Shown here: positions 52,078 through 61,097 of the stretch, piece after piece
Position numbering within the stretch: position 1 is the stretch's first letter
Layout: each line of letters begins with the position of its first letter
Source: a virus
Lineage: Duplodnaviria; Heunggongvirae; Uroviricota; Caudoviricetes
IMG/VR virus record: IMGVR_UViG_3300037466_001997
Span: 1 to 64,000 of that record
Length of the DNA: 64,000 nucleotides
Strand: one strand, 5' to 3'
The notes under the pieces: model-generated
What the model was told of the DNA's origin: nothing
Databases searched by the model: none
Seen by the model: the letters and a program-made list of their open reading frames with translations, nothing else
Translations under genes and position numbers: made by a program

Positions 52078-52290
52078 ACACTCCGGTTTAGGGGACCGCA
52101 CCTGTCTTAGCGATCTACCGGCTTAGGGTTTAAACGGACTCCCTCACCTGTGACTCTGGCGATGCTTGTTACCTCGGCTACATGCCCTTTCCATGGATTC
52201 GGGCAGCGGTTCGTTCAGGCTCTACCAGTTACACAATCGTCTCTTTCGAGACAGTCACGAATGCAATATGTTCTATTTAGTCAGGAATGT
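52078..52290 (-). other. structured noncoding segment adjacent to irregular tRNAs (hairpins GACTGTCTCGAAAGAGACGATTGTG etc.), function unknown
   Basis: No ORF; stem-loops; TGTCAA plus TAAATA elements at 52271-52293 with non-canonical spacing. Confidence 0.25.
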
Positions 52291-52432
52291 CAAGGCTAAA
52301 TGTGGAACAGATGCAAAAATATTGCAGTGAAAATGCTGATATCAATTCCAACGATGCCAGCGATGATCATAGGATCAACCCACCAATATGGGTCTGGTAT
52401 ATACAGATTAGTTCCCTTGAAGTACCGTGGTT

Positions 52433-53140
52433 TCATGCGAACGATTCCCTAGCTTCCCTTCTCATGTCTTCAATTGTGTATGGTCGATAATTGGCAAAAT
52501 AGCTATGGTATACAGCCACATATGAAAGGAAGCTAAGTTGCCTCCCCGGCGCATATGGATGATGCCACCAATGATGCCAATCAGAGTCCGACCATTCTAA
52601 CGGAGGTTGTTGTTGATACATGTGAAGTTCGGATAAGTCTGCATCAACCCATCGCAACGCTACCGGAATATATATCGCCAAATTTACTTCTGACTTATAG
52701 TGTTCCATCATTTTTTGGCGTCTGAACCGCATCCGTTCGGCAATAGAATCCACAACAAATATTTGGGACTCTCGTGACATTCCTATGATACCATTATCGT
52801 GAACAATCCCACGTGGATAAATCTTATGCCGCCATCGATCTGAAGTCACCCCAACTTTATCAGAACCACCCGGCTTTATCCGCATTTCTGTTCTGTTCGA
52901 ATACGGAGCCGTGACAAACAAATCCGGGTGGCGATCAATGAACATATTGTTCAATCTTCGATACAGATTTGCTCCAACTTTCGAATGCAATCTAATATCG
53001 TCACCAAACATCATCTTGCGCCACTCTGGCACAGAAGGATGCATCTGTATTTGCGGTTTCGGAAAGGCGATTGCGGGTATGGGTAGAGTCGTGGCGGCAA
53101 CCGTCGCCGTAGCCCCTACCAGAAAATCACGGCGTTTCAT
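52433..53140 (-). CDS. Tat-signal secreted protein (paralog of the 53866..54480 gene)
   Basis: MKRRDFLVGATATVAATTLPIPAIA is a twin-arginine signal; AGGTGGA RBS. Confidence 0.6.
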   Translation of the reverse strand: MKRRDFLVGATATVAATTLPIPAIAFPKPQIQMHPSVPEWRKMMFGDDIRLHSKVGANLYRRLNNMFIDRHPDLFVTAPYSNRTEMRIKPGGSDKVGVTSDRWRHKIYPRGIVHDNGIIGMSRESQIFVVDSIAERMRFRRQKMMEHYKSEVNLAIYIPVALRWVDADLSELHMYQQQPPLEWSDSDWHHWWHHPYAPGRQLSFLSYVAVYHSYFANYRPYTIEDMRREARESFA

Positions 53141-53450
53141 ACTTCTTCATCCACCTAGAAGCTTGTTCTTCGATAAATTTCGGTAAATCATTTTCCAGAG
53201 CATCCAATGCATTCAGCATGGCTTCTGGAATCGTGTCACCCCAAGCACCGTTCGTATATTTTCCGTGATCCGGTCGGAATGAGACGAAAGGGCAAACGGG
53301 TTCAGTCATGCAATATGAAATATTCATATTCCAATCGGTGTGTGTTCTTTCCCACATACCGCCCATGACTTCCTGAACCCGTTTGAACGCTTCTTCAAAC
53401 GGCACATCTTTGTGCGGTTGTTGGGTCAAGCCGGTAACCCCTTGGCCCAT
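53127..53450 (-). CDS. hypothetical cytoplasmic protein, 107 aa
   Basis: ORF between Tat-protein genes. Confidence 0.5.
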   Translation of the reverse strand: MGQGVTGLTQQPHKDVPFEEAFKRVQEVMGGMWERTHTDWNMNISYCMTEPVCPFVSFRPDHGKYTNGAWGDTIPEAMLNALDALENDLPKFIEEQASRWMKKYETP

Positions 53451-53851
53451 CTGTCAAGCAAGCGAGCGGTCTTCAACATTTCATCCATGTTATCTGCACA
53501 TGGTATGTTGTTGTACATCAGCTTATCAACCTGTGCCGCTGTTCTGCGAACGATACGGGCACTCACTTCGTTTTCGTTGGACCCCATTTTCGGAATTTCC
53601 GGGTCGGCGTCTTCTCTGATCAAATAATTTCTTGACCATTGCGACTTCAACAGAGAACCCTTTTTCGTATCTGTTTCGGCACTCATGACACGCATCACGG
53701 CAAATCCATGCGCCAGTTTCATGAACAGAACGAAAATTTTCTTTTCTGCTACAACTGGCTTGGCCACTGGCATTGCGATAGCCGGTAGAGCCGGGACCAC
53801 GGAAGCAACTGCCAGAGCCGCCGCACCAGTCAAAACATCACGCCGTTTCAT
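53426..53851 (-). CDS. Tat-signal secreted protein
   Basis: MKRRDVLTGAAALAVASVVPALPAIA; AAAGGAAA RBS before the ATG at 53851. Confidence 0.55.
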   Translation of the reverse strand: MKRRDVLTGAAALAVASVVPALPAIAMPVAKPVVAEKKIFVLFMKLAHGFAVMRVMSAETDTKKGSLLKSQWSRNYLIREDADPEIPKMGSNENEVSARIVRRTAAQVDKLMYNNIPCADNMDEMLKTARLLDRWAKGLPA

Positions 53852-53865
53852 GATCAGATTTCCTT

Positions 53866-54480
53866 TCAAACGATTTCGGTTATAGGCCGAAAGCCTTGTT
53901 GCTTGGCGGTTCCTTGGCAGACCACTGGATAACGATCATTGCCGAATCGGCTTTTGAACCCGATGGTTGGAATAAACGTTGCCGGATCGACATAGCGCAC
54001 CGGCATGAGCGGTACATAGAATACCATGTCAATATCCGGCTTGGATTTCTGAAATTTTTCGAATTCTAAACCGGCTTCTACCGCCAGAATGTTGACCATT
54101 TCAGCTTTGCTATCCAAACCACAGACAGCGGCTAAATCTTGTGCCAATTCATAATTATATGTCATGTGCATAGCCTTGGAATGCGCAACAACGGTATAAG
54201 GACCGTGTTCCGGATGTTCCCGGCGCTCCACATAATGGAACATCTGCTTGTGTCTGAACAGATGTGGGTAATCTCGTATCAGACGAGCATTCACGTCCTT
54301 CGCCGTATCGAGAATACCGCCTTCTGCACTTGGATAATAACTCGGCAAAATTTTATCCATCAGATGGTCTTGCCAATCCCGCAAAGTGGGTTCGGCTGGA
54401 CGCATGAAGGCGAGAGACGGTTTCGCCAGAATGGTTGCGAACGCTGCTACAGCCGTTGTCAGAAAGGTGCGGCGCTTCAT
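53866..54480 (-). CDS. Tat-signal secreted protein
   Basis: MKRRTFLTTAVAAFATILAKPSLAF; AAAGAGGA RBS. Shares the YVPLxxRYVD segment with the 52433 gene. Confidence 0.55.
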   Translation of the reverse strand: MKRRTFLTTAVAAFATILAKPSLAFMRPAEPTLRDWQDHLMDKILPSYYPSAEGGILDTAKDVNARLIRDYPHLFRHKQMFHYVERREHPEHGPYTVVAHSKAMHMTYNYELAQDLAAVCGLDSKAEMVNILAVEAGLEFEKFQKSKPDIDMVFYVPLMPVRYVDPATFIPTIGFKSRFGNDRYPVVCQGTAKQQGFRPITEIV

Positions 54481-54594
54481 GGTATCCTCTTTAGCTAAAC
54501 AAGGCCACAATCTTTGGCCCATGGACTATCAATTGGCCAACCACGACACCCATTAGTGTCCAGAACCACCACCATTTGTCTTTCCAAAATGGGG

Positions 54595-55443
54595 TCATCG
54601 GCGCACCGGGTATTCTTCGGCACCCAAGGCGTTCAACCGACTCGGATGCTTATCGAATGCATATTCCAAGGCAATGACCAACTTTTGCACATCCCCGGCA
54701 TAAAATCCAGAGGAATTTATCGTGTTGATTTCCACAATTTTCATTCCTTCCGGAGTTTCACACACGTCGATTACAAAGGCATCATCTGGTTTCCATCCCG
54801 CAAGACGTTCGGGAAAGCCACCAAAGATTGTATAGCCGAAATCAATGAAGCGTCTATCAACATTGTTTGAATAGACCACTCTAGAGCCGACTTTATAGAC
54901 CGACGCCGTAACAATGTGTCTGTTCACGACCCATAGTCGCACTTCCTGATAGATTGTTTTGGGTTCGCAAATCTGTATCAGCGTGTCTGGCGACAGGGAA
55001 CTGCCGAAATCAAGATTCAGGTCGCAAACATCGGTCTGCCACTTGTGGAATTCATCCGGATCGAACACCTTGCCAGCAAAATATTTCGAATCATCGATTG
55101 GTCTGATGAACTTCGGTTCAGTCAGCTTGGCATCCTTGAACGCCACGATTGTTGAATCATAGTTCAACATCCGGTCGCCCCAGTGCTTCTTCTGCACCAG
55201 AAAATTTTTGTCGAAAAGGTCGAACACACCCGGATACCAGTTCTTGGCCTTGGCGGCGTGACGCATGGAATAGGAACCGAAACAGATTACCGGTCCTTCC
55301 GGATTGATGTCCGGTTGAAGCTCCCCGATGAACGGCACGACTTTATGTGTGGAATACGGGATAGATAGTCGGTCAAGCGTGTCAACCAACCGGTTCCAAC
55401 CATCTTCCTGAAAAATATTTTCTTGCAAAACCCAATGCATCAA
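54595..55443 (-). CDS. ATP-grasp-like enzyme (tentative)
   Basis: C-terminal FVIDVCETPEGMKIVEINTINSSGFY resembles ATP-grasp strand-loop motifs. Confidence 0.4.
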   Translation of the reverse strand: MMHWVLQENIFQEDGWNRLVDTLDRLSIPYSTHKVVPFIGELQPDINPEGPVICFGSYSMRHAAKAKNWYPGVFDLFDKNFLVQKKHWGDRMLNYDSTIVAFKDAKLTEPKFIRPIDDSKYFAGKVFDPDEFHKWQTDVCDLNLDFGSSLSPDTLIQICEPKTIYQEVRLWVVNRHIVTASVYKVGSRVVYSNNVDRRFIDFGYTIFGGFPERLAGWKPDDAFVIDVCETPEGMKIVEINTINSSGFYAGDVQKLVIALEYAFDKHPSRLNALGAEEYPVRR

Positions 55444-55868
55444 TCAGCCTTGTCGAAATAAAATTGACCATCATCATACCGTTTCAGGAATTCCGTTTCG
55501 TCTTCCGGATTCTTGAAACGAAAATAATGCCATGGCCAATCGTCTGATGTAGTATATGCCGAAGTAGTTTTCAGCCATGCATAAAAGGCATCATAATCAA
55601 GTCCGATGCCTCTGCACCCATATGTAGGCAAGCCATCTTTGGTGAAAACGCCGTTAATGATGGTGCCAAAATGTCGTGAAAATCCTATTGTCATCATGGC
55701 ACCCAGAATGGATGGTGTGAAAAGATGGAACATGTCATGGCGACATGAAAAACAAAAATTTTTGCCGAGAAAACCAGCATCATTTGTGAAATAATCTCTT
55801 GTATTCTGAATTTGGGAGATAGTGCCAATCACCAGATGGCGTTTCAAAACGCCAAGCAGGATAGCCAA
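55440..55868 (-). CDS. hypothetical protein, 142 aa
   Basis: ORF. Confidence 0.5.
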   Translation of the reverse strand: MAILLGVLKRHLVIGTISQIQNTRDYFTNDAGFLGKNFCFSCRHDMFHLFTPSILGAMMTIGFSRHFGTIINGVFTKDGLPTYGCRGIGLDYDAFYAWLKTTSAYTTSDDWPWHYFRFKNPEDETEFLKRYDDGQFYFDKAD

Positions 55869-56019
55869 GAAGCTGCAAATACCACGGAACCGGCCATAGA
55901 GCCAAAGGTGAGGGATATTTCATTTCCTGATCCTTGATTGCTTGATCACGCAAGGCGATCATCTGTTCATGATTCATAAATCCAGTTGCCGGGTCAGGTC
56001 TGTTGTGCGGGTCCAGCAT
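55780..56019 (-). CDS. hypothetical protein, 79 aa
   Basis: ORF. Confidence 0.4.
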   Translation of the reverse strand: MLDPHNRPDPATGFMNHEQMIALRDQAIKDQEMKYPSPLALWPVPWYLQLLGYPAWRFETPSGDWHYLPNSEYKRLFHK

Positions 56020-56272
56020 TTTCTTTTTCTTTTTCTCTGGCTATTCGAAGTGCGGCCCGAAGAACTTGAAGACTGTTGAACACTCTGTCTTCCTCTTTCT
56101 GTGCCTCAAAGCTCTGTTCATTGATCCTGTAAAGGTCCATCTGATAACCACTTAGAGCATCCAAACGTCTGGCAATCTCTTTGGCAGTATAGATGCTTGC
56201 CAGATATTCCGACCTTTGGGCATTTGTGAAGTTATTGTATTCTTCACGTGAAATTGTTGGCTTATTTTCCAT
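55994..56272 (-). CDS. hypothetical protein, 92 aa
   Basis: ORF. Confidence 0.45.
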   Translation of the reverse strand: MENKPTISREEYNNFTNAQRSEYLASIYTAKEIARRLDALSGYQMDLYRINEQSFEAQKEEDRVFNSLQVLRAALRIAREKEKENAGPAQQT

Positions 56273-56681
56273 ACATTATCCAATGCGGTTCGATTGCAAG
56301 ATAGGCAGGGTGACCATAGGGTTCGATATGTCCCCAGTCTTCTGTATAGATTTTCCAGCCTTGACGAGTCGAACCATCGATATCTGGCGAACCGGGAAGA
56401 TTACGGTTCGCTTCAAGGTCTTTCATCCACATTTCGATGAAGACCGCCAAGAAATCTGGCGTGGCCTTGCCGGGAAATTTTGTCATCTTATCGTGAGGAT
56501 ATTGGAACAAGACCATGCGATGAACACGTTCATTGTCGTCTTCACGAATATCGAGCGCATAACCAATGGCAGGACCACCGGGCGCTAACGACAATGCCTT
56601 GATCAAGCGTTCTTTCGATTTGCCATTGATCTGGAAAATCGGCCAATCGCCCGTTTCAAGCGTATCGACAGTGAGTGTCAT
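56262..56681 (-). CDS. hypothetical protein (start at internal MTLTVDT; track extension would overlap tRNA-Trp)
   Basis: ORF. Confidence 0.5.
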   Translation of the reverse strand: MTLTVDTLETGDWPIFQINGKSKERLIKALSLAPGGPAIGYALDIREDDNERVHRMVLFQYPHDKMTKFPGKATPDFLAVFIEMWMKDLEANRNLPGSPDIDGSTRQGWKIYTEDWGHIEPYGHPAYLAIEPHWIMYGK

Positions 56682-56699
56682 TGGAAACTTTCTGGAATT

Positions 56700-56764
<65 letters not shown>

Positions 56765-56774
<10 letters not shown>

Positions 56775-57025
56775 AGATATGTGCCTTTGATGATTCTCAC
56801 GATATCCTGTGAACTAACCATCGTACATTTGGCTTCAATTTCCGATATCCTACGCTTTGGGATGTCGTAGTGATTTTTGTGAAACCAGCATCTTTTTATA
56901 TTTAGCATATCTGCCATTCGATGCAAGTTCTTTTTTGAGTAGGGAAGACAGACTAGGTGTCTTTTTCCGTCTGTGTAGAACGTGATGGATTCTTGATCCG
57001 GTCCATTTCCTGTCTCACATGCCAT
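56765..57025 (-). CDS. hypothetical protein, DUF4031-like (tentative)
   Basis: KRHLVCLPYSKKNLHRMADMLNIKRCWFHKNHYDIPKRRISE resembles the DUF4031 core. Confidence 0.35.
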
Positions 57026-57183
57026 CGAAATTCTTCATTGCCTTCCAAAAAATCAGCGACAATCTGTGTGACATACGGACCGGTTCCACCGATTAGACCG
57101 GAATCAAGCTCCCGCTGGCCATACGCCTTGATGTGCGTAATACATTCTTCGGCGGTAATCGGGTACTGTAGAATGTTTCTCAT
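56953..57183 (-). CDS. hypothetical protein, 76 aa
   Basis: ORF. Confidence 0.45.
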   Translation of the reverse strand: MRNILQYPITAEECITHIKAYGQRELDSGLIGGTGPYVTQIVADFLEGNEEFRWHVRQEMDRIKNPSRSTQTEKDT

Positions 57184-57194
57184 GTGTTCCTCGA

Positions 57195-57236
57195 ATCAAA
57201 TGGGCGGGTACGCACTACCTTTCCCGCCCATTTTTC
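57195..57236. terminator. hairpin GGGCGGG..CCCGCCC with flanking T-run, possibly bidirectional
   Basis: aatgggcgggtacgcactacctttcccgcccatttttc. Confidence 0.4.
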
Positions 57237-57238
57237 TT

Positions 57239-57267
57239 AACTTACACTAACTCTATGAAAATGTCAA
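57239..57267 (-). promoter_or_regulatory. promoter-like TTGACA-17-TAAGTT
   Basis: aacttacactaactctatgaaaatgtcaa. Confidence 0.4.
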
Positions 57268-57752
57268 GGTACAGTTATGTCTGTGTGTGGTTTTTCTTCA
57301 TCTTGTTGGTTCTGCAACGGGAAGGTTGATGGTGCGCCTTCCGAATACATTCCATGTCCGTTTGCCACACCCGGAATTTCCATTCCAAGTTGCATCTGTT
57401 GCTGTTGTGCCTCGACAAGCGCATTAGCCGTCTTGTCAGACCATGGGATATGGCATACACGGGTTCCACCGTAAGCCATATCGTTGAACATGATGTCGAT
57501 TTTTTTCAAAGGTTCTGGAAAAAAACCGAGAACCGTAAATTTTTTTGTTGGTGCCGTGATGCCCGGAACGCAAGGCGGTGATACGCCAGCGCCGACAAAG
57601 AGCGCTGCGAACGACAATGCTGATCCGAGAAAAAAGGCAACCACGGACAGAGTCCGTGGTCTATTGTTACCGGTTCTTGCCCAGATAGCAAAATGGGCAA
57701 GAGCGGCGAAAATGATCGTTAAAAGAAACCATGCGAAATAAACGTAAATCAT
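57264..57752 (-). CDS. membrane protein with N-terminal TM helices, 162 aa
   Basis: Hydrophobic N-terminal 60 aa. Confidence 0.5.
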   Translation of the reverse strand: MIYVYFAWFLLTIIFAALAHFAIWARTGNNRPRTLSVVAFFLGSALSFAALFVGAGVSPPCVPGITAPTKKFTVLGFFPEPLKKIDIMFNDMAYGGTRVCHIPWSDKTANALVEAQQQQMQLGMEIPGVANGHGMYSEGAPSTFPLQNQQDEEKPHTDITVP

Positions 57753-58312
57753 GGCAATTTATCCTTGTAGACCAGTGGTCGGTAAATTTTCAAAACCGAA
57801 CCGTCCACTAGATGTCCGTCCTTATCGAGCCGAAAGCTGATGGCGGTCACTTCTTCTTTCTGATGATGCAAAGTGACAGTTCCACTGGCGATCTTTATGA
57901 CTGTGCCAGAGGCAGTGTTCAGCCGGACTTCGTATTGAACATCCTTTGGGAACCCCGTGTTAATGTTGAAGGCAAACACATTAATGATATATTCGCCTTC
58001 TGGCGTACCACGGGTAAACGCATTTTCGTAGTTCAGGCCGGTTTCATCGGCGGCTGTTCCTAGATCGTCTCGCAACAAATTCCAGACTTCACCATCCTTG
58101 TTGGTGAAACCGATTGGCTTCTTTTCTTGCGGGCCGAAAAGCCACAAATCAACGTCATCATTACCTTGCGGCCATGTGATGGTGACGATGATGTTACCGG
58201 GCGGCTTGATAGCGTCCTGTGTTGTTACAGGATTTTGATTTGATATCATCACAATGCCTAGCAAAGTAAGCAAAAGTGCCAACATCAAATCTCGGAATAC
58301 CCATTGAATCAT
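57749..58312 (-). CDS. single-pass TM protein with periplasmic domain (ExbD/TolR/MotB-like partner candidate)
   Basis: N-terminal TM LMLALLLTLLGIVMI, then a soluble domain; sits downstream of the MotA/ExbB-like gene. Confidence 0.4.
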   Translation of the reverse strand: MIQWVFRDLMLALLLTLLGIVMISNQNPVTTQDAIKPPGNIIVTITWPQGNDDVDLWLFGPQEKKPIGFTNKDGEVWNLLRDDLGTAADETGLNYENAFTRGTPEGEYIINVFAFNINTGFPKDVQYEVRLNTASGTVIKIASGTVTLHHQKEEVTAISFRLDKDGHLVDGSVLKIYRPLVYKDKLP

Positions 58313-58827
58313 CCGTTAATATGCTTCACGTCTTCAAGATACGTGCTGGTAGCCGTTTCGATCATGGAAAAATTTATCCACAACCACAAACCGGTTACAG
58401 AGCCTACCAGAGTTGCGCCGAACGCAACGCCAAGGCCAGCAATGATGCTTTGGGCTAGTTGTGCAGTGTCAGCGCCAGCGGCGCTATTCAGCATGATAAA
58501 GAAACCAAGGATGTTTCCAATCAGGCCCAGAACTGCTAGGTATTCTGAAATTCTGTAAAGATGAAGGTTTTTAGCAGGCATCTTGAATGCCTTTAGTTTA
58601 TCCACGGGCTTACCCTCAATAAGCTCGTTTTTGGCCTTGCTTACTTTGTAAGCTCTGATACAAGATGATATCAGGCCAATAGCAAACAATGCTATGATGA
58701 CATAACAGAACCCTACAGGGTCACGATCAAAAACTTTGTGGATGAAGCCTATACTGTAGGCCCAAATAACCGCTATAAAACCCAAACCATTAGCAAGCAA
58801 GAATCGATACAGTAATAGATTGTCCAA
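58309..58827 (-). CDS. MotA/TolQ/ExbB-family proton-channel protein
   Basis: Three TMs with C-terminal AGLGVAFGATLVGSVTGLWLWINFSMI, characteristic of MotA_ExbB. Confidence 0.55.
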   Translation of the reverse strand: MDNLLLYRFLLANGLGFIAVIWAYSIGFIHKVFDRDPVGFCYVIIALFAIGLISSCIRAYKVSKAKNELIEGKPVDKLKAFKMPAKNLHLYRISEYLAVLGLIGNILGFFIMLNSAAGADTAQLAQSIIAGLGVAFGATLVGSVTGLWLWINFSMIETATSTYLEDVKHING

Positions 58828-58898
58828 ATAAATTCTTTCTAAAGTGGGTAATTCAAAGTATTATCGGTATGCAGTATTATATATTACACAAAAATTAC

Positions 58899-58977
58899 TG
58901 GTTGCGGAGGCAGGATTTGAACCTGCGTAGATCGCCTTATGAGGACGTGCTGGGACCGGACTCCAGTCTACTCCGCA
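58899..58977 (-). tRNA. tRNA with CAU anticodon (Met or Ile2)
   Basis: Acceptor TGCGGAG/CTCCGCA, loop CTCATAA, T-arm GCAGGTTCAAATCCTGC, CCA. D-arm is irregular. Confidence 0.5.
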
Positions 58978-59128
58978 ATATGTGGCATTAATACCACGTA
59001 ATTCCCCAGAGCCGTTCGAACCAATCGTCCGACGTGTTGTTGAAGATTGCGTTCTTCTTCGTATCGGGCTTCTTGACGGGTTGTGGCTTCTGTGTCTTCT
59101 TCATATTGTAGATATTACATGATAGTAT

Positions 59129-59602
59129 TTAGTCTGTCAATATCGATATGCCAAATTTTTCTGTAAGTTTTTCAATTGTTTTCTGTGCTTCCTCGATTTC
59201 TTTTTTGGCCTTGGCAAGCTCTTTCTCACGCCGCTTGCTTATAGCAGCCTTGGCGGAAGCCGAACGGCGCTCATAACCTTCGACACGGGCGGCATATTCC
59301 GTTTGATTTTCGGTTCGCAAACCCTGCCACGTCAAGGTCAATACAGGATCACCAAAACTATCAGCCCGAACCTTAACCCATAAACTGATAGTGTCTGGCT
59401 TGCATCCTCTAGCCACCATTTCGTTGTATTGGTTCTGAATCACTGCAAAATCGACAACTTCGTCCACAGAACCGTAGCGGGCACCTTCCTCGAAAACTTC
59501 GGAAAATTCGTGGATATCCTGAAACTCGTAAATTTTTTCTTTTTTAGTCGCAGCCATAATGTTCCGTCCAAGGCTTCGTTTTTGCCTGTTCCTTAGCAGC
59601 AT
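59129..59602 (-). CDS. hypothetical coiled-coil protein, 157 aa
   Basis: ORF. Confidence 0.5.
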   Translation of the reverse strand: MLLRNRQKRSLGRNIMAATKKEKIYEFQDIHEFSEVFEEGARYGSVDEVVDFAVIQNQYNEMVARGCKPDTISLWVKVRADSFGDPVLTLTWQGLRTENQTEYAARVEGYERRSASAKAAISKRREKELAKAKKEIEEAQKTIEKLTEKFGISILTD

Positions 59603-60254
59603 CCACGACTTCTTTCCAGTATATCGGGGAGTCTGTTGCTAAAAGAGAATTGATCGCAAACATGTGTGCGTCAAATTCTTGTGGCAATTCATTGTATTTG
59701 CGTGGGTTCTGATGCATCAAATTTACATTGGCTTTTCCGTCTTGAAACGAATGTTTCCAGTACGTCCCAACAGCGGTGAAGCGAAGCCAACCAAAATTGA
59801 TTTGCATGACGTGACGAAGCTCATGAAGAATGATGAACTGGAAGTCACCCCATGTCTCTGGACCGCCCATTCTATCGCCTCGATAATTGAGAGACTTCGT
59901 ATTAAAATACGGGTCACAGGTTACGCAATCAATTTTCGGATTGCGAAGTAATTCATACTTCGACACATCGATTCCGTAATAATCGATGGTTTCGATTAAG
60001 AATTGGGTAAACCTAGCCGAAAATGCTAACCTGACGGTTGAACAGACTTCCTTGAATTTTCCTCTAAGGTTCATATACTGTTCATGTCGCATCGGTTCAT
60101 AGTCTGGAAAGGACACGGGTTCGGTTTTGATGTCATATCTAGATAGAAGACGCTTTAAATCATCAAGCTTTTGCTTGATGTCTGTAGCGGTCTTTTCTTC
60201 CACCAAAGGATACGCATAATCTACAATTTTGATGTTACCGATTTCAAAAGCCAT
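59544..60254 (-). CDS. putative metallopeptidase (HELRH motif)
   Basis: FIILHELRHVMQ is an HExxH motif. Confidence 0.4.
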   Translation of the reverse strand: MAFEIGNIKIVDYAYPLVEEKTATDIKQKLDDLKRLLSRYDIKTEPVSFPDYEPMRHEQYMNLRGKFKEVCSTVRLAFSARFTQFLIETIDYYGIDVSKYELLRNPKIDCVTCDPYFNTKSLNYRGDRMGGPETWGDFQFIILHELRHVMQINFGWLRFTAVGTYWKHSFQDGKANVNLMHQNPRKYNELPQEFDAHMFAINSLLATDSPIYWKEVVDAAKEQAKTKPWTEHYGCD

Positions 60255-60804
60255 AATTTTTCGTCCCTTTACGGCACTTCACTTGCCAATCGGCGTTCAG
60301 CCCATCCTTGTAGCAGAACTTCAATGGCGCTTTCGGATTTTTCAACACGATACCTTCATCGATATCATCTGTCAAGCTGTCATAGAGCTTCTTGAACCCA
60401 CTGGTATAGGTTTCTGCAATGATGATACCCTTACCGGAAGGAAATTTGTGAATTTTTTCGAGACGGTCTGACAAGGAAACGCCCACGAAATCGTCGCCAG
60501 CCATTTCCAGAACGTCGAAGATATAGAGCGTATCCTTCACAGACACGTGCTTGTTGTGGAGCAATTCCGCCACGATGACAGAGCTTGGAAACTGGCGAAA
60601 ATATTTGATGATGTGGTCTGGTGCCGTCCAAGCCTTGTGCAATTCTTGGTGGCGATTCCAGAAGGTCGGTGTACCGTTTTCGTCCGTATCGATCACGGTA
60701 CACGAACCATTCTTTTTGATTTGAGCGATGTACCCCATCTTTTCAAAGGCAGGGATCATCACAGGCGGGATGGCCTTTTCCGGTCTAGGCGGAAACAGGA
60801 ACAT
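60244..60804 (-). CDS. minimal ligase-type nucleotidyltransferase domain protein (motif I KKNG)
   Basis: YIAQIKKNGSC is a KxNG adenylylation motif. 186 aa lacks an OB domain. Confidence 0.45.
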   Translation of the reverse strand: MFLFPPRPEKAIPPVMIPAFEKMGYIAQIKKNGSCTVIDTDENGTPTFWNRHQELHKAWTAPDHIIKYFRQFPSSVIVAELLHNKHVSVKDTLYIFDVLEMAGDDFVGVSLSDRLEKIHKFPSGKGIIIAETYTSGFKKLYDSLTDDIDEGIVLKNPKAPLKFCYKDGLNADWQVKCRKGTKNYGF

Positions 60805-61096
60805 TTTCCGCCTTCTGTTTTTCCATCAGCTTGCGGATGCCATCGATACCATAACAGATGACCAATTCAGCACGGCGCTTGGCGAGATTCCAAGCGTCTT
60901 CCTCGCTTTTGATGGTCTTGCCATCGGCACGAACATCCGCACCGGCAACAAATTTGCCGTTCTCATAGACAGACCAGCTAACGAAATCACCGTCGCAATC
61001 ATACAGTTTGGCGACGATTTCGACGCCGCCAACCGTTTCGGTGAATTTGGAAGCGTCGTAGTCGAAGTGACCTTTGATCCGTTTCCACCCCGCCAT
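60785..61096 (-). CDS. hypothetical protein (start MAGWKRIKGHFDYD; track N-terminal extension is out of frame with the overlapping basic tail of the 61098..61841 gene)
   Basis: ORF. Confidence 0.45.
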   Translation of the reverse strand: MAGWKRIKGHFDYDASKFTETVGGVEIVAKLYDCDGDFVSWSVYENGKFVAGADVRADGKTIKSEEDAWNLAKRRAELVICYGIDGIRKLMEKQKAENVPVSA

Positions 61097-61097
61097 G

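Noticed and set aside
51844-52290. Two-piece or standard tmRNA.
   Set aside because: A tRNA-like CCA end and T-arm are present, but no tag-peptide reading frame (ending in AA-stop) or resume-codon context could be found by eye. Left as an irregular tRNA-like cluster.
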